DNA of 61,599 nt, the filler included, from Squatina squatina (taxonomy: Eukaryota), in NCBI GenBank assembly GCA_031763465.1. It is 3 parts of 3 records of this genome, joined end to end, with 100 filler letters (N's around TTAATTAATTAA, not from the genome) between each part and the next. Parts side by side here need not be neighbours in the genome. Positions count along the whole stretch, not along the records: positions 1 to 29,303 come from JARFOE010000168.1; positions 29,404 to 48,320 come from JARFOE010000235.1; 1 more part is not named here. The stretch is one strand, 5' to 3'. The notes under the pieces were generated by a model that was not told the DNA's origin, made no database searches, and saw only the letters and a program-made list of their open reading frames with translations. A program made the translations under genes and the position numbers. Shown in pieces: positions 24,987 to 35,700 of the stretch; the stretch's first letter is position 1; each line of letters opens with the position of its first letter.

Positions 24987-25084
24987 AAAAAGATTCAGGG
25001 CAGATAAATCGTATTCTGTAATCTTCACAGCTCCTATCTGTTTGCTCTGAATTCACACAAGTAAATCCCAAAAAAATGCTGCAC
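24987..25084 (-). CDS. CysD/WxxW-type domain unit 2, exon B (98 bp)
   Basis: aaacag|G...T|gtaagt; (E)CSIFLGFTCVNSEQTDRSCEDYRIRFICPESF; absent from the ORF track, read manually. Confidence 0.78.
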
Positions 25085-25227
25085 CTGTTTAACACAGAAT
25101 GGTAAGGTGTGATAAAATTTGCTAAAAGAATACATATTTTTTGAAGTATAGACGCAGAAGAATTTCACCCCCGATTCTTTGAAATAAAGTGACGATATGA
25201 AAAAAGATAGGAGGAAATATTATTTAC

Positions 25228-25402
25228 TCAGTAACGATGTCTCCAGAGCTTAAGGCTGGAATTCCTGATATTGTCTCCACTTTACAGGCAGTCGGATTAT
25301 GGCAGATAAGATCAGGATATTCATTTCGGAGATTCACAAGATGTTCACAATCCCCATTTCCTGATGGGTTATCTCGGTCAAACCACTGGGTTTTGCGGTT
25401 GC
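25228..25402 (-). CDS. CysD/WxxW-type domain unit 2, exon A (175 bp)
   Basis: atcag|GC...GA|gtaa; NRKTQWFDRDNPSGNGDCEHLVNLRNEYPDLICHNPTACKVETISGIPALSSGDIVT; open frame with the same length and phases as unit 1. Confidence 0.78.
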
Positions 25403-25909
25403 CTGATTTATGGATCAAACAAAAAGCACACTGTGAGGAACACTTTCAAAGATGGAATTGAGGGTTTTTGGTTTCATGGGTGCAGAATAGAAAGAGAAAA
25501 TTTTAACACTTGGGCTCTTTATGGTGATGACCAAGTTGATGATACTTACACAGAATAATAATTGGTTTCAACTGTGGCAACTGAGAGAGCTTTAATAAAA
25601 AAAGAAAAAGCTCATGAAGGCAACTGTTTGGCCTTTGTTCACTGCCTCCTGCAATGATACGAGCATGGGTAAGCCCTGTGGGTGTTGGATTTCCAGCACT
25701 CTGTCATACAGTCGGTGAGTATTCAGTGTACCATTTTGCTAGGTTTCTTGATGTGTAACACTGCAATAACACCGTTCAGTTCTAACAGATTGAAATCATC
25801 TTCTTACTCAAACATATGGCAAAACTACAGCACTGATTGTAAAACACTTGTTTCCAAAGTATTGGATAACACTCAATAAATTCAACTTTTACAAATGTCC
25901 AATACTTAC

Positions 25910-26007
25910 AAAAAGACTCAGGGCAGGTAAATCGAATTTTGCAATCTTCACAACTCCTATCTGTTTGCTCTGAATTCACACAAGTAAATCCAGACAAAAT
26001 GCTGCAT
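25910..26007 (-). CDS. CysD/WxxW-type domain unit 1, exon B (98 bp, phase 2 to 1)
   Basis: aaatag|A...T|gtaagt; (E)CSILSGFTCVNSEQTDRSCEDCKIRFTCPESF, matching the domain C-half C-x4-G-F-x-C-x-N-x-x-Q...C-x-D-Y-x-(V/I)-R-F-x-C. Confidence 0.8.
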
Positions 26008-26116
26008 CTATTTAATACAGAACTGTCGGTTGTGATAATGTTGTTTGCTTAAACAATACACATTTTTTGAAATATAGACACAGTATCAAAGTAAGTTGGG
26101 AGGAATCATTTTTTAC

Positions 26117-26291
26117 TCAGAAATGAAGTCTTCAGTGCTTGAGGCTGGAATTCCTGATATTGTCTCCACTTCACAGGCAGTCGGATTACGGCAGATCTGA
26201 TCAGGATATTCATTTCGGAGATCCATAAGATCTTCATAATCCCCATTTCCTGATGGGTTATCGTGATCAAACCACTGGGTTTTGCAGTTGC
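26117..26291 (-). CDS. CysD/WxxW-type domain unit 1, exon A (175 bp, phase 1 to 2)
   Basis: atcag|GC...GA|gtaa; NCKTQWFDHDNPSGNGDYEDLMDLRNEYPDQICRNPTACEVETISGIPASSTEDFIS. The W-F-D-x-D-x-P-S-G-x-G-D-x-E...I-C-x-x-P pattern is typical of the Mucin2_WxxW/CysD domain, also found at the CILP N-terminus. Confidence 0.8.
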
Positions 26292-26599
26292 CTGATATAT
26301 GAAACAAACAAAGAGCACACTGTGAGCAATACTTTATAAAGACGGTATTAAGGGGNNNNNNNNNNNNNNNNNNNNNNNNNNNNNNNNNNNNNNNNNNNNN
26401 NNNNNNNNNNNNNNNNNNNNNNNNNNNNNNNNNNNNNNNNNNNNNNNNNNNNNNNCCACCTCCTGCAGGATGCTTGGTGGCCCTGTGGGAGATTAAAGAC
26501 ATGAATTAGAATGGTCAAGGTAAGAATGTTTGAAGTGATCATTATGCACATGATCATATTTCACTTGCTGCTGACATCAAGTCAGCCTGAGTGAGTGTT

Positions 26600-27540
26600 G
26601 TATGCCATGTGGCTGTCTGATATTTAATTCTGTCGCCACCTAGCTGGGAGGCCCCCATCTCCCCATCTCCAATGGCCCGGCAAACCAAGACTCCACTGAT
26701 GTTCAGCACCTCCACCTCTGCAGAGACATTGGGAGGCCCACCTCCGGTTCTCTGCTTCTCAGTTGTGTTCTATGCTCTCTTCTGCAAGGAGGGAAAGAGA
26801 GACCTATGAGTGAGAGTCATGGCATCTGTTGAATGGATGGATGGAGCGCATTTGTTGAGCATGACTATGAGGGAGAGACATGACATTGCATAAAGATGAG
26901 GGTGAGCGTCAGTCGTGGATAGGGATGTGAGCGAGTGCATAGAAAGAGGAGGGATGGGTGTACCTGCAAGGTTAAGTTGGTGTGAGCAGTGATGAGATGG
27001 AGTAGGCTTGAGAAGGAATAGTGAGGGGGTCGGAGTGATGTGCACTGTAGGATGTACATGAATGTGTCACTGTACTTTCCTGTCCTGTTTGAGTCATTAA
27101 ACTGCTTTCGGCATTGAAACCCACGAGCGTGGCACCAGATTCCTGTTGCTGATCTCATGGACAACCTCGAGCCATGCCTTCTTTGTTTCACCTTCAGGCT
27201 TCTTCCTCCTGTTAGTAGGAAAGAGCGTCTCCCTACAGGCTCTTGCATCCAGGGAGTTTCCACTACAACGATTCCATTCTGCCAATTCCTTCGGTTGTGC
27301 TCCAAACTCTCTGAAATTGCATATTTGGAGTGCCCCTTTAAATACTGGAATTGAAATCCCCTCATGCCGGTCGTCATCACGCCCTCTCACGCTAAATTGG
27401 TAGAGAAACCTGGAAATTACATGATAATGAGGTGGCTGGGTTAAAAGAAAACACTGACCGAAACACTGCACCTAATTTTGGGGTTTCCCGTGCGATACTG
27501 GACCCCACTTCCAGTGCGTCGCAAAGTTAAAGTGCAGCCC
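26600..27540 (-). mobile_element. Decayed PIF/Harbinger-type transposon carrying a Myb/SANT (trihelix) DNA-binding ORF remnant
   Basis: Frameshifted pieces LDARACRETLFPTNRRKKPEGETKKAWLEVVHEISNRNLVPRSW / QCRKQFND, and a downstream piece KRA*NTTEKQRTGGGPP, fit the NAIF1/MSANTD-like Harbinger accessory protein pattern. Confidence 0.65.
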
Positions 27541-28384
27541 TTTGAAACATAGAAAATAGGTGCAGGAGTAGGCCATTAGGCCCTTCGAGCCTGCACCGCC
27601 ATTCAATATGATCATGGNNNNNNNNNNNNNNNNNNNNNNNNNNNNNNNNNNNNNNNNNNNNNNNNNNNNNNNNNNNNNNNNNNNNNNNNNNNNNNNNNNN
27701 NNNNNNNNNNNNNNNNNAGCAGCACTCATGGCCGCTTTTTTTATGATCTGGTGAACACTGAACTGCTCACCCAAAGGCAAAGTTTAGTGTTGCAAGTGCA
27801 GTTCCCGACTCGCAGACAAAGCCTCCAAATTGATTCAAGTGGGGAAAATGCGATTTATGTAACCAAGATGGCAACCCGGCCTACCCATTTAAATCATGAC
27901 AACAATCACCTGAAAAACTGGGCAGTGTCACTGCTACTTTTAAAGTTTTGAAACAGTGACGAATTCCTTGTTGGGCGGCCATTTTGGGCACTGCGCCTAC
28001 TGATGATGCCATGGGCGACATCCAACGCCCGACACCAAATTTTTAGCACTGTAGGAGCAGTGCCCATTTAGCGCCAGCATTGGCCCAATGCCAATTCTTC
28101 AATGGACCCTCTTAACACCCAAAATGGGCGTTAGATCCCTAGTACCCATTCAGCGCTCATTTTGCGCTTGCACTGAAGGACCAATTGGGCGCCCTCTTTC
28201 TTTTGCTGCAATATTCAGAGCTGGATGGGTCCTCTTTGATCCTTAGCACTTTAGTTGCATCCTATTTTTGTTCAGGAACTCAGATATGGTTGGGACACCA
28301 TAGATTATTTGAAACAAGCCTGACCAGCAAGTTAAAATGTTACTGTGATTTAAACAGAAGTACTAGGCTAAAAAAACAAAAGGA

Positions 28385-28510
28385 AAGTACTGCGGATTCT
28401 GGAAGTCTGAAATAAAAATAGAAAATGCTGGAGACACTCAGCAGGTCAGGCAGCATCTGTGGAGAGAGAAACAGAGTTAAGGTTTCAGGTCGCTGACCTT
28501 TCATAGAACC
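28385..28510 (+). repeat. Short dispersed repeat (elasmobranch-type; family uncertain)
   Basis: ctgaaataaaaatagaaaatgctggagacactcagcaggtcaggcagcatctgtggagagagaaacagagtt recurs at about 5452-5530, 31400-31557 and 42007-42065 (-). Confidence 0.75.
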
Positions 28511-28695
28511 CTGTTCACCTTCATTGCCCTAGTATATGTATGCTGTTAATTGTTATCTTGTGGTAAACTGATTTGTTAAAAATTAGAATCAATTAGACTG
28601 ATATGTCAGAAGGTTCACCCACGATTCTTCTTTATTGTTTCGAGGTAGCGCTTGGAAGAGTCGTCCTAAGGAGCAGTTTGAAGCCCTTGGACACC

Positions 28696-29303
28696 ATGGA
28701 GTTGCCAAACTACAGCAGGCAGCTCATGCAGCAGCTGTACACCCTGAGAAAAGAGGAGCAGTTCTGCGATTGCACTTTACTTATCGGAAACACGCAGTTC
28801 AGAGCACACAAACTCGTGCTGGCTGCCTCCAGCTTGCTGTTTAAATCTCTGCTGGACAACACGGACACAATTTCCATTGACCAGGCTGTTGTCTGCCCTG
28901 AAGAGTTTGCTATTCTTTTGGAGATGGTCTATACAGGCAAAGTTCCCCCAGGGAAGCACAACTTCACCAAAGTGGTTTCTGTTGCTGACAATTTGCAGAT
29001 GTTTGACATTGCTGTGAGCTGCAAGAACATAGTGGAAAACCTAATGAAACACACAACGGCAAATGAAATGCAGGCTGCCAGACCTGCTGTTGAAGAAGCT
29101 GTGCAGCATCTAGTTGCACAAAGTCCAACAGACACACATCAGCACTGTGCAGTGCAAGAATCGGACAAAAATGAGGAGTCTGCTCCTGCCAGTACTGAAA
29201 TAGCAGAACAAAATCTTTCTCTGGAAACATTAAACTGTGCTGGTACAGAAGGCTTTGAAGCTGCTGGAGCTGCTCTTCCCTCTGAGGAGAATATTCTGTT
29301 TGT
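28696..29303 (+). CDS. ZBTB40: Zinc finger and BTB domain-containing protein 40, first coding exon (BTB/POZ domain), truncated by the gap
   Basis: Kozak accATGg at 28696; MELPNYSRQLMQQLYTLRKEEQFCDC...FRAHKLVLAASSLLFKSLLDNTDTISID...GKHNFTKVVSVADNLQMFDIAVSCKN closely follows the ZBTB40 N-terminus. ZBTB40 neighbours the C1Q/EPHB2 locus in human. Confidence 0.95.
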
Positions 29304-29403
29304 NNNNNNNNNNNNNNNNNNNNNNNNNNNNNNNNNNNNNNNNNNNNTTAATTAATTAANNNNNNNNNNNNNNNNNNNNNNNNNNNNNNNNNNNNNNNNN
29401 NNN
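29304..29403. other. Artificial scaffold linker (44 N + TTAATTAATTAA + 44 N)
   Basis: Palindromic 12-mer with stops in all six frames at 29348-29359, exactly centred in a 100-nt gap; synteny switches here. Confidence 0.95.
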
Positions 29404-30221
29404 ATAGCTGCTCATTCAATATGCTGAAGGACTCAATGATATAGTACCACTCTGCGGATATTAATTTAACTTAAGTTAAACCCTTTTAGTCCTCCATTAT
29501 TTTGACCTCTCGGATTTTTTTTCATTCTATTTCAAATAATCCCAATGAATACAGTGTTGTCACTGTGATTGAGCACTGATGCACTAGAAGGTTGGTGAGA
29601 TAATAATCTCTCATGCAACCTCGGTACTTTCTCAATAGCTGCCAACGCCAGTTGAAAGGCTATATCAATGTGCTGCATTGTAACTTTAGAATGTTTGTTG
29701 AGGGAAATGAATGTTTCTCCAGACTGTAGCTTTGAAACTCCCTCGGGTGCGGTTGGGCTGCAAGAACTTCCAAGTTACAATACCGTCTACAGAATTGGAG
29801 GTTTGGGTTGACGTTGCTTAAGGGGAAGTGAATTCTGCTGAGTTAAACTAATAATCCAAAAACGTTATAAAGGGAGAAACGCTTTGCACTTCCCAGTGAC
29901 TCACAGCATTTTCTTGTTGTTGTGTTTTATGTTTCATAACTGCTCAGAGCCCCACTTCTTGTCAATGGAGCGGGACTTCATAATATCTGCTCCCAAACTG
30001 CCTCTTGCCAGCAATGTTAAAACATAAAACGTATGGAGCGAGAAGGATGGAAAAACATCAGTAAATGTGCATGCTGGATAACCCCCGGAGAGTTGGATGT
30101 TGGANNNNNNNNNNNNNNNNNNNNNNNNNNNNNNNNNNNNNNNNNNNNNNNNNNNNNNNNNNNNNNNNNNNNNNNNNNNNNNNNNNNNNNNNNNNNNNNN
30201 NNNNCTGTGCTGGAAACTGCA

Positions 30222-30432
30222 CGTGTGTGTGTGTGTGTGTGTGTCTGTACACGTGTCTGTTTGCATATATGTGAACATATGTGTGCGCACAGGTATGTAT
30301 GCATGTGCGTGTATGTATGCATGCATGTGTGTGCATGTATATACACATGCATGTGTGTTTGCACACGTTTATTTGCGTCAATGCCGGCATATTGTGTGTG
30401 AGCCTCTGCGTGTGTATGTGCGTGCGCGTGCG
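30222..30432. repeat. Degenerate (TG)n/(RY)n microsatellite
   Basis: Alternating purine-pyrimidine run gtgtgtgt...atgcatgtgtgc. Confidence 0.85.
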
Positions 30433-30917
30433 TTTATGACTGATGGACGAGAACAGAATGGTCTCAGTTGTGATCCTCCCTCCTCGTTGTTGAATACCCT
30501 GCAGACCCATTCACACTCAGTCCGCACGTCTGACAGAGCCACTTGGATGAGGAACTGGAGATCTATGGGCTCCCGTGGGACCGTAGCCCAGTGTGGGGGC
30601 GATACTTTTAGGGGTGCGGGCAGGGAGCAAACTTATTTAATTTTTAAAAAAAGTAGTTGCCCAAGAATAAAAGCAGGTCTTCAACGCAATGCTGGTTGAC
30701 ACTGGTGACACCACGAGTATAAATCATCCACCAAATTAGTGGTATTAGAACAGTGCGAAGACTGTATCTTTGCGGGTGGAGAGGGAGGGATGAGACACAG
30801 GGGTTATTCACTGTATTATATAAATTATACAAATCAAATCAAAATTCCCCCCACTTCCCCAGCAAAGTGGATGACGATGCTCCATTGTATAAGGTCTACC
30901 TATACCCTGGTATGTCT

Positions 30918-30957
30918 TATATATATAATATAATATTATATATATATATATATATAT
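30918..30957. repeat. (TA)n microsatellite
   Basis: tatatataatataatattatatatatatatatatatat. Confidence 0.85.
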
Positions 30958-31231
30958 GGATCTGAACGCAACTGGTTCTCAAAGAAATAAATGTACATAT
31001 ACTCAGTTGTAACTTATTCTTCATCATATATACTATAATAAATGTCTCTTGCTGACATGGGTAGGATTGCCTGTTAGCAATGGGACACTATTCCATCATT
31101 TGCATGAGGCTGGTTTGCAAGGTTATCCTCCACAGACAGTAGCTGAGAAATGAGTAGAGTACAGCTCTGTACATCATGGTTTGGAAGTCCATGGCCTTTT
31201 GCCCCGCCAAGTGTTTCATCCCAGGCGGATC

Positions 31232-31453
<222 letters not shown>

Positions 31454-32399
31454 TCAGCAGGTCAGCCAGCATCCGTGGAGAGAGAAACAGAGTTCACAAC
31501 TCAGGTCAAGTTGCTGCCTGACCTGCTGAGTATTATTTCCGATTTCCAGCATCTGCTCGCAGAGGGAAGAGGAAGCTGCAGAAGAGGAAGGGACAGAAGA
31601 AAGGATACAACCCAGACAGCCTCTTTCTGGCCAGGATGGAATCATGCGCCTGCTGTACCAGTGACCACAACCGCAATTCCCCTTTCAGCATTACCCCCAC
31701 ACTTTACCTTCCCTCTGTTACTGATCATGACAATGTCCTCTTGGCCACAATGCTGAAATAAACGCCAGCACAAAGCAAACTTTCCAATCCATCCAATATG
31801 ACATCAAGAAATCAACTTATCACCCTTGTACATTCCCTTAGTGACTGTCTTGCGTGTGCCTTTGCCTATCCGAGTGCTGTTACACAGTGCTACCCCAGTG
31901 GCTGCAGCNNNNNNNNNNNNNNNNNNNNNNNNNNNNNNNNNNNNNNNNNNNNNNNNNNNNNNNNNNNNNNNNNNNNNNNNNNNNNNNNNNNNNNNNNNNN
32001 NNNNNNNNCTGTAATGTTAACTTATACAGTGAAGAGCAACAGCTGTGCTTCTTGTCGAAAGTCACAACGTGTAACAGGTGTGAATTGAAGCAAATTGTGC
32101 ACAGTTTCGGCTCTGATATCATACTGACTGATTTATGAGGCTAATGTGGAAGTTGCAGACATGTTTAATGAACTGTGAGTTTGGGTCTTGACGTTTAATG
32201 TTTGAAATAGCCGAGGTGTAGTCTGGCAGGAGTGTTGCATTACTGATAGAGTAAATTACTTTAACCACCCTGCACTTTGCCCTCTAATCACTTGCTAATT
32301 ATTGACATTACATATGCATACATTTCATAAAATACTCAAATCCATTTCCTACACACTTCATTACTGTACATCAGCTACAGTTGGTGTATTGCATTCATA

Positions 32400-32720
32400 G
32401 GTTCATAGAATCTTACCACACAGCAGGAGATCATTCGGCCCACAGTGCCTGTGCTGGTTCTTTGAAAGAGCAATCCAATTAGTCCCACTCCCCTGCTCTT
32501 TCCCCAAGGCCCTGCAAATTTTTTCCAGACAAGTATACATCCAATTCCCTTTTGAAGATTGCTATTGAATCTGCTTTCACCAGTATTTCAGGCAGGGCAT
32601 TCCAGATCACAACACCTTTGCATAACAAAAATTCTCTTCACCTCCCCTCTGGCTCTTTTGCCAATTATCTTAAATCTGTGTGCTCTGGTTACCTACCCTC
32701 CCGCCACTGGAAACGGTTTC
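32400..32720 (-). mobile_element. CR1-clade LINE 3' end including 3'UTR tail
   Basis: Reverse complement of the 51380-51710 sequence. Similar tails at about 4315-4410, 27545-27617, 33846-33950, 35075-35288, 36680-36745, 38900-39140 and 52380-52495. Confidence 0.85.
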
Positions 32721-35700
32721 TCCCTTTATTGCTGCCTTGGCCTTAAGCTCTGGAATTCCCTCCGTAACCCTCTCCGCCTCTCTACCTCTCTCTCCTCCTT
32801 TAAAACACTCCTTAAAACCTACCTCTTTGACCAATCTTTGATCCTCTGCCATAATTTCTTCTAATGTGGCTCGGTGTCAAATTTCTGTGTTATAACACTC
32901 CTGTGAAGCACCATGGGACGTTTTACTATGTTAAACGTGCTATAGAATACACGTTGTTGTTGTAAAGAAGTTCCTTCTGAATTCCATCTGTGTTTTCTTG
33001 AAAAGCAGGTGCTAATTGCTACTTAAGATCAAGTAATTTTTGAGCTATCGTTTTTCTTCCTGCTTCTTTCAGTACATGNNNNNNNNNNNNNNNNNNNNNN
33101 NNNNNNNNNNNNNNNNNNNNNNNNNNNNNNNNNNNNNNNNNNNNNNNNNNNNNNNNNNNNNNNNNNNNNNNNNNNNNNCTGTATAAATGCAAGTCTTTCA
33201 ATCCTATAGTTGGAAGGGTAAGGGTGCTTTGGACAATCCTAGAGTATCTGATTCAGTTCCACATGAGGCTGTACACTTACCAATGGAACCATCAGGGGAG
33301 GTCTCCAGATGGATTTTTAAAAATAAATACATTTGTAATAGGATTGGACGATGACTTAAAAATCAGAATGCTATGCTGTCCTGAGATACATTGGCTGGTA
33401 TGAAGCCGACAAAGAGCCAGTGATGTGCCAGTTTGTCCGAACTGATGGAATTTGAAACACCCTCACTTCAGGTCGCAGTGCACATAAATCTGTGAAGCCA
33501 AACTGCTCCGATTTCTTTCTGTCTCCATTCTATCTTTGTCCAGAGTTAAAATGTTGCAAGCATCTGCGTTCTGTTTTGCAGCCTGATGCTGATGATAACT
33601 TTTGGCAGCGTGCTATTGTTTAGTTTTTATGGTATGAGACTCGCCTCCTCCCAGATATCTCCCTGAAAGCAGCTCTATAAACAAAGCGTTCCTGTTCACT
33701 GCCAGCTGTGTCTTGATGAACCAACCAATGAACAAATGCATTCATCGGAACACAAATGGACCGCCCCTCTCTCATGCACCCCCCCACCTACCCATCTTCT
33801 TACCATGTTTCTCCATCCCTTCTCTGTGCATATTTGAGTATGACTACATAAGATTACCTAGGATATGACACAGAAACAGGCCATTCGGCCCAACCAGTCC
33901 ATGCCGGCGTTTATGCTCCTTCCGTCTTTCCTCATCTAAATCTATCAGCANNNNNNNNNNNNNNNNNNNNNNNNNNNNNNNNNNNNNNNNNNNNNNNNNN
34001 NNNNNNNNNNNNNNNNNNNNNNNNNNNNNNNNNNNNNNNNNNNNNNNNNNGTACAGCTGCACGTGACCTGCTCATCACTCAACATCTACAAGGAAGTCAC
34101 GCGATAATGAACAGGAGTGGGAGTGCAGACTGATTCTTTCCCTGTCTAACCCAAGGCTAGCAACCCATCATCACCTCCATTGAGCTCACCTAACTTGGCA
34201 CTGAGGCAAGAAATGGAAATTGTGCGCACCTTGGCATTACCGCACCAGTCTGACATTTTGGGAGTTTCACGGGGGTGCGGGGGGGGAGGCGGGAGAGGGA
34301 GTTTCACAGTGGTGGGGGGACCCAGTAGAACCTTGGATGGGTGGTCAGAGGCAGGGTGAACATTTTCCATAACCTCGCCAAAAAGAATCAGAAAGGTTCA
34401 AGGACATCTCAAGTCAATCCTCTGCAAACCAGTCCAATTCAAGCCAGAACATCACTCACCCCAGTACGTGCATTGTAAACTGGATAGCCAACACACACAG
34501 TAAATGGAGCCAACCCTTTCATAATGCTGTTTAGCTGTTCCTGTTCTTACTCTCAGCAGTCCATGGATCTGGACTTTCTGAACTGTATATAATATCCCAG
34601 GATTTACACTGACGGCTTCCCTCTAAGCTGCAAGTTATTTGTTACATTGGATACAAGCACCATCGATTTTCTTGGGTTAAGCATAGTCAGAGACTCCTAA
34701 GTGTCCCGTTACATCAATATAATGGGAACATTCAACCTCACAGAGCAGAATTGCAAAAGGACAAGATGTGGAAACTTTTACTCTCCTGAGTGATAACTCT
34801 CAACTGGTTATCCTTAAGCCACTCAAGCACGCCTGTTACAATCTCACAACAGATGCAGGTTTGTAGCTATGTCATGAATGGAAGGTCTACTCTATGTCTG
34901 TAAACATACTGAGCACTACAAAAAGCACGTTTCCCTACATTACAACAGTGACTGCACTTCAAAAGTTTAAGGTGCTTTGGGACGTCCTGAAGTCACGAAA
35001 GGCACTAAATAAATGCAAATTCTCTCTTACTTACTTTCTATGTGTCAGCCGCTTTGGGCTCATTGCTGGCAAGGGAATTGTACAGAGCACTGTACCAAGG
35101 CGACACGAGGAAAACCCTTTTTACGCAGCGAGTGGTTAGGATCTGGAATGCTCTGCCTGAAAGAATGGTGGAGGCAGATATAATCATAGTTTTCAAAAGG
35201 GAACTGGATAAGTACCTGAAGGAAAAAATTTGCAGGGCTATGTAGAAAGGGCAGAGGAGTGGGACTAGCTGAAGTGCTCTTGCAGAGANNNNNNNNNNNN
35301 NNNNNNNNNNNNNNNNNNNNNNNNNNNNNNNNNNNNNNNNNNNNNNNNNNNNNNNNNNNNNNNNNNNNNNNNNNNNNNNNNNNNNNNNNNNNNNNNNNNN
35401 NNNNNNNNNNNNNNNNNNNNNNNNNNNNNNNNNNNNNNNNNNNNNNNNNNNNNNNNNNNNNNNNNNNNNNNNNNNNNNNNNNNNNNNNNNNNNNNNNNNN
35501 NNNNNNNNNNNNNNNNNNNNNNNNNNNNNNNNNNNNNNNNNNNNNNNNNNNNNNNNNNNNNNNNNNNNNNNNNNNNNNNNNNNNNNNNNNNNNNNNNNNN
35601 NNNNNNNNNNNNNNNNNNNNNNNNNNNNNNNNNNNNNNNNNNNNNNNNNNNNNNNNNNNNNNNNNNNNNNNNNNNNNNNNNNNNNNNNNNNNNCTATTTC

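Noticed and set aside
29348-29359. TTAATTAATTAA as a homeodomain site or piggyBac TTAA target
   Set aside because: Exactly centred in N padding and repeated at 48365; it is a synthetic linker.
29934-30699. His/Thr- and Cys/Val-rich ORFs
   Set aside because: Translations of a (CA/TG)n microsatellite plus a gap.
34451-34522. Possible PLXDC1 signal-peptide exon (minus strand, gtgagt donor, hydrophobic WLHLLCVLAIQF frame)
   Set aside because: The hydrophobic frame is out of frame with the nearby ATG and is preceded by a stop; the ATG frame is not signal-like.
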